Below the pieces are notes generated by a model. That model ran no database searches and had not been told where the DNA came from. It saw only the letters and a program-made list of their open reading frames with translations. From Mobula birostris (Eukaryota): a stretch of 64,000 nt of DNA. Within the stretch, counting starts at the first letter, position 1. Each line of letters opens with the position of its first letter. The stretch spans positions 15,955,820-16,019,819 of the forward strand of contig NC_092396.1 of NCBI RefSeq assembly GCF_030028105.1. The letters run 5' to 3'. The translations under genes and the position numbers were made by a program. This document shows, piece by piece, positions 50,001-59,639 of this stretch.

Positions 50001-50500
50001 TTCAGTTTTTCGTTTTCCTGACGTACTTATTTTGGTTTTTGGAAACCTCGCGTGTTCTTGCTCCCTGAGAGCAGGTGAGCGGTGCGATTGTCCGGTATGT
50101 CGCTGGCAAGCCGCTTCAGGGTTTTATAAAGCTACGCCACTTTGCATCTGAATACAACGTGTTACCGCCTGTAGAAGCGGCCACTTGCCGCTGCTGTAAA
50201 CCCCTATTGTAAAGGGGAAGAGAATGCGCCTTTTATCATTATTCATCCCCACCGAATTAGAAACACTGAGCTGATCTTCCAGTGGTCAGTTGGTCAAATC
50301 TTTGCCTGATATTCCTTTAGAGTTGATGGGAATATTCTCCATTGATCAATGCCCATCAAAATAAGAAAAACAATAACCGATTATTAATTAGAACCCACTT
50401 ATCTATAAGACGAAATACGAAGAGGAATTTCTGTCTGGGAAGGTAGATACTGAGAGAAGTGCGGGTTTTTATTAAGAATTAATTAATTCTAATTCCTGTA
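50001..50500 (-). promoter_or_regulatory. HES3 proximal promoter / 5'UTR
   Basis: TATAAAA 50122-50128 (minus); octamer-like ATGCAAAG 50140-50147; Sox-type CTATTGT 50204-50210; palindromes CATTGATCAATG 50340-50351 and AGAATTAATTAATTCT 50475-50490. Confidence 0.7.
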
Positions 50501-50579
50501 AGGTTACCGAAAAGCCAACTGGTGATACTTTGCGATGCCCCTTATGTTTACCCCAAATGAAATGGGTTATCAGAGGCCA

Positions 50580-50870
50580 AGATCCGCATCCTGGGCGGCG
50601 GTGTCCCTCCCACAGCGGAAAATTAAGCGAAAAATTGCTGCTGCTTACTGTGTGTAGATGACAGAGCAATAAGGGGCTGGCGGCCAGTGTCATAGTAGGG
50701 GTGCTATTCAACGCTCATTTCTCGCTCTGTGGTAATTGGCAAATCCGTTTCACGCTCTGCTCTCAAAGCCAGCACCGTGTTAATGGTCTCCATGTTCTGA
50801 CACAATCACAATTTTCTGCTCAGAGATCTCACAGCGGTTCCCAGCTCCCCACGGCCTTTCCCTATCCACA
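50580..50870 (-). repeat. Conserved non-coding block B, copy 4 (inverted; about 450 bp upstream of the HES3 TATA box)
   Basis: Reverse complement of B1-B3. Confidence 0.9.
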
Positions 50871-52049
50871 GCACAGCCAGCAATAGTCGACAGTACCTAC
50901 AGAACTCTGCTAAGCATCCTCTAGCCTTTTGTGAGAACTTTATTCTTAGTGACGTATGGAAGTTGGCTGGTTGCAGTTTAAAATATCATTCTATTTAATT
51001 GATTGTATCAGCGTGGCCCGGACTTGCATCAGTTAGGAGCATTTAGAAGTCTTTTAAGGCTTACACATAAATGGGACTGACAGCCGAATATCCCGTGTGC
51101 AAACACGTGTTAAAGAAGATAATCTTCCATTTATTGTTCAAATACGCAAAACGCTACCCACTGGGAGCTAAAGTTTATCTGCACATTCACGCATTAACAC
51201 GTTGCCCGCAGAACCCACGGCGCGGACAAGTGTTATTTTCTAAAGGCAAATTTACTGCGCGGGGACTTGCAGAAACTTCACTCGGCGAGAATCTTCCGGC
51301 TTTCCTGAAGAGTTTTGAAATTTAGCATTCCGCTGTTCTACATTGTTTAAGATGTTGTGGAAAGGGAGAGCTCGACCATTTCACCATAAACTACCGAAGC
51401 TCCGAAATACCAGGAGATAACCAAACTACCAATTCACGCTGCTCCGCCGTTCTGTAGGAGTGATCAAACGAATCTTTGTCATCAGCTGATTACATCAGCA
51501 TCTAAAAATCAGCTCTGTGTAACGCCTGCTGTCGCCAGAGCCCAGTCTAGTTCCTTGGCCCCCTCAGTTACACAATTTGCCCTTCGCATATCATACCCGC
51601 ATTGCCAGTGGAGCAGTTCTCCAATGAAGAGCTTTGCGCTTTGCTCCGCTCTCCTTCCCTATGGTACTTTAATTTTGCTCTTTTCAAATAAATGTCAAAT
51701 TGTTATTGAATCTACTAATGCTGATCCCGCAGTCAATGTATTCCAGTACATTTGCTCTTCTTAATTACTCAGACAAAATAATTTAGTTTAATGTAAAGTT
51801 TCTGGAGAATTTTGGAGAATCAAGTGCTACTAGGAAGTGAGATGTTGTTATATGTTGTAAGGCCATCAGCCCTCAGAGAGGCATAGGACCGACGTTTTAG
51901 GTCGTGCTTCGAGACATCCCGGAATCTTACGCTCATCCTTGCGTAATGACAAGATAAAGGATCCAAACTGGAGGGAACTCCGGGTGCGTCTTTTCTTGAC
52001 GACGGTTGAAGACAGTGTGCTTGGGTATGTGTTGCACCCAATAACTGAT

Positions 52050-52500
52050 GGACATAGAACAGGCCTTGGCCCAGGATGCTGTGCCACCTTTAACTTACTG
52101 TAAGATTAATCGAACCGCTCTCCACCCCCTCCCCAACATGTACAGTACATAGCTCTCCATTTCCCTTCACCCATGTGCCTATGAGACTCGTCCCTAATGT
52201 CCACGCTCTCGCCACTTTCTCTCTAAAAATCCTACTCTTAACAATCAACTTAGCCATTTCTGTCTGTTCACTCTATCTATGCCTCTTTTGATCTTACACC
52301 CCGCTATCAAATCACACCTCGTCCCCCTTCGCTCCGAAGGGAAAAGCCCTAGCTCGCTCAGAACATGCTCTCTAATTCAGGCAGCATCCTGGTAAATCCC
52401 CTCTGCAGCCTCTCTAAAGCTTCCACGCTCTTCCCATAATGAAGTGACCAGAAATTATATTCCGAGTGTGGCCTAAACAGAGCTTTACAGAGCTGCAAAT
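52050..52500 (-). mobile_element. CR1 LINE 3' fragment
   Basis: ORF 52358-52588 with RPHSEYNFWSLHYGKSVEALERLQRGFTRMLP. Confidence 0.75.
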
Positions 52501-54502
52501 GGCCAAATATTAAACTGATTTTAAAGGAGGAAAGTGCTTTGAAAGATTTACGAAGAGTATGGAGATAACGAAGAATGTACGAAAACATACAAACTTGCAG
52601 ATCGTTGCGGGGAGTCGCATCGAACCATTCAGAACACTAGTTTACCCGCTGCCGGAATATTACTTCGAATACTGGTCGCCTGACTTCGGGTTAGGTTTCC
52701 CAGAATAGTTTCAGGAATTAGGAATTTCAACTATGATGTTCAACAGGGGAAGCTGCGATCGAGCTCCGCCTGTGTGTGTTTGGTGTGCGGAGGGAGATGG
52801 TGGGGGTGGGGGTTGGGACGATTTGATCACGATCAACTTAGGTAGAATACAAGATTCTATTTTCCTGTGTCGGGAGGGGAATTTCAAATGTTAGTGACGG
52901 GGAAAATACCCGGAGAATAATTGTGATCTGGAATTCAGCTGGGTTACAAAAAATCAGAGATTTGACTATCTATCTGTATTCTTACTGTAATCCACAATTT
53001 CCACTATTATGTATTACATTGTCCTGCTGTCGCAAAGTTAACACATTTCACGACATTTGCCGGTGATAGTAAACCTGATGTGATCCGGAATCTGATTCTG
53101 ACCGGTTCTTAACGGATCACAGGGTTGTGGGAGCAGTGAGCAGTGGGGTTGCAGGGGCTTGTTCTACAAGTAGACAGAGCAGACCGCAACAGTGTTTCAC
53201 TGTGATCAATTCTACGATGGTATAATTCCATGAAACACCCGGAAATATTGTTTAGGTCGACGGTATCTTGTCCAGAAAGCGGAGGTGGGGGGGCGGGGCC
53301 GGTGAATTACTTAATGTAGTTCTTCATCATTACAAATGCGCTCGAAAAGAAGGCATAAGGAAATGCTTCAGTCTGCGGCGGAAACTCTTAATGAGGTTCA
53401 TAGATCTAAGGAAGTTACGAATAAAACATAAGGAGAAGCCTTCCTGCTCAGGGAATGTTGCCAAGAGTGTCGCTATCGTATGGAGAAGCGGGCCTGATAA
53501 TGTCAACACATTCGGGGGTCGAAGGGGAAATTGAAGCAGCTCGACAGGATGAAAGGAAGGGGGTTGGTGATGGGTCACGCTGGTTCCATCCTATACAATG
53601 GGCCGAAAAAATGGAAGCGAGGGCAGGAAATGTCAGATTGTGAAATGGAGGTAGTTGAGCTGAGGACACGAACTGAAGTTGCGGGGAAGTCAGCGGACTC
53701 TCCAAAAGAGTGAAGAGTCAACATTAGAGGAAAGGGATACAGCGTGGAACAGGCTTGATACAGGCCGGATGCAGACTGGGAACGAGCTGTCCACGTAATA
53801 AACTGGATGCCATTTTGGAGCGAAGGAAACTGAGAGGCGACTTGACAGAGGTGTATAGAGTTATAAGAGGCTTAGAAAGAGCGCAAAGCCAGCGCCTTTT
53901 CCCCTATTACCAAATGGCATCCTTTTTACGGGGAGTGGAGGAAAGCTTAGGGGGAATGTTGGCGGTGTTTTTTTACGCAGAGAGTGGTAAATCCCTGTAA
54001 GTGCATGGCCGGGAGCGGTAGTAGAGGCTGATACTACAGGAACATTTCGGAGACTCTTAGGCACATGAATGAAAGAAAATGGATATTTATGGGCTGTTTG
54101 GGAGGGAAGGGTTAACTTTATCGCTCGGTACGTCATCGTGCGCAAAAGAGAAGGTACTGTTCTTGCTAGTGGAATCGTTGCGAATAAATATTTTGGGGAA
54201 GTCCAGTTTTTGGAATTCTCTTCCCCAAGAACTGTGGGCACTGCACCGTGGAATATATTCATGACCGAGACAGAGGCAAGAATGTTGAACAGAGGCCGAG
54301 AAAGAATCAGAATCATGTTTATTATCACTGATGTCGTCGTGACATTTGTTGACTTGTGACAGCAGTACAGTGAACGGCATAAATAAATTGTACAAAAGAG
54401 AAAACCGAGGCCTCGATCCCGGCGAGTAAGAGAGCAGATCCTGCGGCCGGAGGCCTTCCGCTTGTTCCTCTTTCAAATTCCGGATAGTAACAATAAATAA
54501 CG

Positions 54503-55275
54503 TCTGCCTCTATCCTGAGACGTCATTCGGGGGCTCCAACCCGTGGCGCGGTCTCTCTCCGAGGTTCTGACACAGACTGAGCGTCACTTTCACGTTCTAA
54601 CGAGTTCAAAGAAACTGTTTTCATTCCTGCGAAATAAAGGGAACAATTTGCTCAGCCGGAGCGAATCGGTGGGGCCCCCGTTTACCATATTAAATGTGAC
54701 CCAGTCCCTGACAACAGCCTTCAGCCAGGACGGCACCTCGCAGCGAGGAAAATCGCAGAAACGCCTTCGTCCCTTTGAGCTTCCACTGCCCCAATTCCGT
54801 GGCCACAGGGAGAGAACAAGTCACCATCCCGGGGCGCACAACAAACGTGGGAGCATCTCGCGACCAATCGATTCGATACCGCAAGAGAAATCCCGAGTGG
54901 GTAAAGAGGAGGCAGCTTTTGGGAACAGGTTGAAAGGAGGTTTGGCACGCGACAGGCCTTTGAGACCAAACACGATTTCGATGGACTCTCCCGGAGCTTG
55001 TTTAAGTCACTCGAGTTTGATTGGAGACATAAAGGGTCGGTAGGGTTATGAATGGGCGAGAAAGCCCCAATGAGCCGCATTAACATCACACTGAGTGCAG
55101 GCAAAGAGCTGAAAGGGGGCTGTGAGGAGGCAGCGGTGAGTTTATGGGCAGCGACCGGGACAAAAACTTCATTGTCTTTGCGGATCTGTTACAAAAGCGG
55201 CCGGCGTTCATTCTGAAACATGAACCGCCTGAGATTGTTGTGGGTTGATGTGCAAACATCTGGCGGTGATAAAAG
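54503..55275 (-). repeat. Conserved non-coding block A, copy 4 (inverted; about 4.4 kb upstream of the HES3 TATA box)
   Basis: Reverse complement of A1-A3; carries both the 5' extension (shared with A2) and the 3' extension (shared with A3). Confidence 0.95.
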
Positions 55276-55454
55276 ATGCCAAGTAAAACTGCGGGGCAAG
55301 GCAGAGCAGGAACCTCAGTTCCACCTACCTCTGAGTGAATCTCGCTTTGATTTGGAGGCAACAGAACCAGACGGATCAGTCAGGGAAACTGATACTCCTC
55401 GTCGGTAGCGCCCTTCCATCTACTCCCCAGCACACCCACTCTCACGCAACGTTC

Positions 55455-57745
55455 GAAGTAAATTTATTATCAAAGTACATGCGTGCCACCATATACACCC
55501 CTGACATTCACTTTCTCGCGGGCATTCACAGTAACTACAAGAAACATAATAAAATCAATGGAAGATCACTCTGAAAAGGACGGACAACAGCGAACGTGCC
55601 GAAACCCCCGATAAACTCTGCAAATACAAAAAGAAAGAGTGAAAAAAGATATAATATAATAAATAGGTAATAAATATCGGGAACATGAGACGAAGAGTCT
55701 TTGAAAGTGAGTCCATAAGTTGCGGGAACAATTCAGTGATCGGGCGAGTGAAGTTATCCCCTCTGGTTCAAGAACCTGATAGTTAAAGGGTAATAGCTGC
55801 TCCTGAACCTGGTGCGGTGAGTCCCGAGGCCCCTGTGCCTTCTTCCCGATGGCAGCAGCGAGAGGAGCGCACGGCCTGGGTGGTGGGAGTCCCTGTTGGT
55901 GATGGATGCTGCTTTCTTGTGGCAGCGTCCCTTGTAGATGTGCTCAAAGGCGGGGAGGCTTTCCGTGTGGTAGGCTGGACCATATCCACTACGTTTTGTA
56001 AGCTTTTCTATTCAAGCGCATTGGAAATTCGATATCGGATCGGAATGCAACCAGTCAATATACTCTCCTCTATACATTTATAGCAGTTTGTCAAACTTTT
56101 AGATGACATGCCGGATCTTCGTAAACTTCTAAGAAAGTAGGGGAGCTGCCATGCTTTCTTCGTAATGGCACTTAGATTTTGGGCCCAGGACAGATACTTA
56201 TACTTTATACTTTATTGTCGCTAAACAATTGATAGTAGTGTCACGTACCCCGTGACGGGAATAAAAAAACAGCAGAGATGGAAAACATTTTGGAGTCCAG
56301 TATTGCTATCAACTAATAATATTTATTAGTAACTACGCAACAGTAATATAAATGTAGATAAATCAAACAGGTTAGCAATGATTTTATATATATAAGTAAA
56401 TCAATAAGTGTGGAAATATATGTGAAAACCGAGCTTCTTTAAGTCTAGGGGTAAAAAGATACGGTCTTACGATGATGAGTAAAGTTCAGTTCAGTTCAGT
56501 TCATGGTATTGAGTTGAGTAGTGATGGAGAGAGAGAGGGAGAAATTTGAGTCTTCAGGTGAGCTGACGCCGTCGATCTTCTCGTTGTCCTTCGAAATCCT
56601 TTAAAAGTCACCGACTGTGACCTTAACAAAGGGGACCGGTTTTCTGTGGTGGAGCTATCCTCCAGGCGAGGGTGGACACATGGACGACTCCCCTCCAGTC
56701 AACCCCTTTCCTCTTTCCACTGCAAGAGCGAATGATCGATCCTCCAAAACCCACTTTTTCTGCGGCACAACAATGCTCATTCAGTGTCCAAAACATGTGT
56801 CTGAGGTCTGTATCATCTGACCTCCTATTTTATCTTCCGGTGCTGAGCATCAACTGTCTCTAAAAATAACTCCTCCTTCCTCTCTCTGTGTAAGAAATGC
56901 AAGCAGGCAAAAATCCTTGAGAAGTATCAAAAACCTGCCGAAAATCATAACATCGAGTGTCCATTAAATAATGCCCTCGGTCACCACAGCAACTTACGAG
57001 CTGCTCTGTGCTGTCTCCAACTCAGCAGAAATCCAAAAGTTATTCAGTTCTTTCTCGTTCCTTAAAGTGACAGTCCAACAGTTAGTCTTTGTCTCCCTCT
57101 GTCTTCAAAACAAGATATCGATGTTAAATAACTCTCTCTCTCTTTTCAAAAGCACAGTTCATAGGGGTAATTCAGGACCCTGTCACACTAGAACGTACAA
57201 TTATCACAGCGATATTTGATTCTGCACTTCGTACTCCCTGGGGTACAAATCGATAGTAAATATAAAATTTAAATTATAAATCATAAATAGAAAATAGAAA
57301 AAGGAAAGTAAGGTAGTGCAAAAAAAAAAAAAAAACCGAGAGGCAGGTCCGGATATTTGGGTATTTCAGATACTCTGAAATGGCAACATTGATGAATTTA
57401 AAGTTGCTGACCCTCTCCACCTCCGATCTCCCGATGAGAACTGGTACATGGACCTGCAATATCCACCGCTGAAGTCATAATCATCTCCATTGCCGTTTTG
57501 ACAATGAATGAGAGGTTATTGTTGTGATACCACTCAGCCAGATTTTGAATCTCCTTCCTATATGCTGATTCGTCATCACCTTTGATCCTGCCAATGACAG
57601 TGGTGTTATCGACAAACTTAAATATTGCACTAGATCTGTGCCTAACCTCACAATCATCAGTAAAAAGCGAGTAGAGCAGGTGGTTAATCACATATATCTT
57701 CGGTGCACCTGTGCTGAGGGAACTTCTGGAGGAGATGTTGTTGTC
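55455..57745 (-). mobile_element. Rex1/Babar LINE fragments with nested insertions
   Basis: LSTGAPK...LLYSLFTDDC...IFKFVDNTTVIGRI (57398-57859) and Rex-type 3' tails at 55455-56190. Confidence 0.8.
56239..57187 (-). mobile_element. Solo LTR (about 950 bp)
   Basis: Minus strand TGTGACA...GTGACA termini, AATAAA near the 3' end, near-perfect 4-bp TSD GTAG/CTAG; splits a Rex tail (ttgata|ctagaacgtac). Confidence 0.75.
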
Positions 57746-57989
57746 ATTCAGTTGTGGGAAAGTCATTGGAAAGTGACGAATAAACTCTACTCGGGTTTCC
57801 AGCCGGCTACAGGTATCGATTTTAACAGACGTTTCGATGACAGACTCTGCCATCTTCATCAGGGATGATGCCTGGGGGCATGTCTAGTCTACTGGTATTT
57901 ATACCCCTGTCGTCCCTCCCTCCTGATTAGCTAGTCCTCATCATTGGGTTTCCGCTCTCCCACCTTGTTCGCAATCGAATTCAAGTTCA

Positions 57990-59590
57990 GTAAGGCACTG
58001 ATAAGATTCCCCACGCAAGAATCCTTCAGAAATTAAAGAGGCACGGGATCCAAGGGGACCTTGCTTTGTGGATCCAGAATTGGCTTGCTCACAGAAGGCA
58101 AAGGGTGGTTATAGATGGTTCGTATTCTGCATGGTCGGTGATCAGTGGTGTTCCACAGGGATCTGTTCTGGGACTCTCCTGTTTGTGGTTTTTATAATGA
58201 CCTGGGTGAAGAAGTAGAAGGGGGGTTAGTTGTGGATAGGTTGGAGGATTGTCAGAGGTTACAGGGGGACATTGACAGGATGCAGAACTAGGCTGAGACG
58301 TGGCAGATGGACTTCAGCCCAGATAAGTCTGAAGTGGTTCATTTTAGTAGGTCCAACTTGAAGACAAAATAGTATATTTTAGTATATAGTATAGTATAAA
58401 TGGTAAGACTCTTGGCAGTGTGGAGGATCTGAGAGATCTTGGGTTCCGTGTCGGTAGGATACTCAAAGCTGCTGCGCAGGCTGACAGTATTGTTAAGAAG
58501 GCGTCTGGTGTGTTGGCATTCATCAACCATGGGATTGAGTTCAAGAGCCGTGAGGTAATTGTTACAGCTAGTCAGGTCACCTCACTACAGGAAGGATGTG
58601 GATACTATAGAGAGAGTGCAGAGGAGATTTACAAGGATGTTGCCTGGATTGGAGGGCATATATTATGAGAATCGGTTGAGTGAACTTGGCCTTTTCTCCT
58701 TGGAGTGACGGAGGATGAGAGGTGACCTGATAGAGGTGTATAAGATGACGAGAGGCATTGACCGTGTTTGCCGAGGGATCAGCATCAGCTGGAAAAAAAT
58801 GGCAGATGATGCAGACAAGTGTGAGGTTTCGCACGTTGACAGGACCAACCAGGGTAGGACTTACACAGTGAACAATGGGGCAGTGAGGTGTGTGGTAGAA
58901 CAGAGGGATTTAGGAATACAGACACACAATTAATTGAAAGTGGTGTCATGGGTACCTAAGGTCATAAAGGAATCGTTTGGCAGATTGGTCTTCATAAATC
59001 AATGTATTGAGTACAGAAGATGGGATGTGATGCTGAAGTTGTATATGGCGTTGTTGAGGCCTGATTTGGAGTATTGAGTGCAGTTTTGGTCACCTACCTA
59101 CAGGAAAGATATAAACAAGGTTAAAAGAGTGCAAAGGAAATTTACAAGGATATTGCAGGGTCTGCAGGACCTAAGCCATAAGGAAAGATTGAATAGGTTA
59201 GGACTGTATTCTTCAGCACATAGAAGATTGATAGGTAATTGGATAGAGATATACAAAATTATGAGGGGTATAGACAGGGTAAATGCAAGCAGGCTTTTTT
59301 CACTGAGAATGGATGGGACTACACCCAGAGGTCATGCGTTAAGGGTGAAAGGTGGAAAGTTTAAGGGGAACATGAGGGGAAAACTCCTCACTCAGCAGGT
59401 CATGAGAGTGTGGAATGAGATGCCAGCACGTGAAGCTAGCGAGGTCGATGTCCACATTTAAGAGAAGTTTGGATAGGTACATGGATGGTAGAGGTATGGA
59501 GGACTATGGTCAATGGGACAGTTTAAATGATTCTGGCATTGACTAGATGGGCTGAAGGGCGTGTTTCTGTGCTGTACTTCTCTACGGCTC
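57990..59590 (+). mobile_element. Two adjacent CR1 ORF2 3' fragments
   Basis: SGVPQGSVLG-like region, VKKASGVLAFINHGIEFKSREV, QFWSPTYRKDI...TRGH-like region and 3' tail. Confidence 0.85.
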
Positions 59591-59639
59591 TAATCTGAAC
59601 TGAATGGGGTCTAACTCTTACTGAATTCTACGTGTGCAT

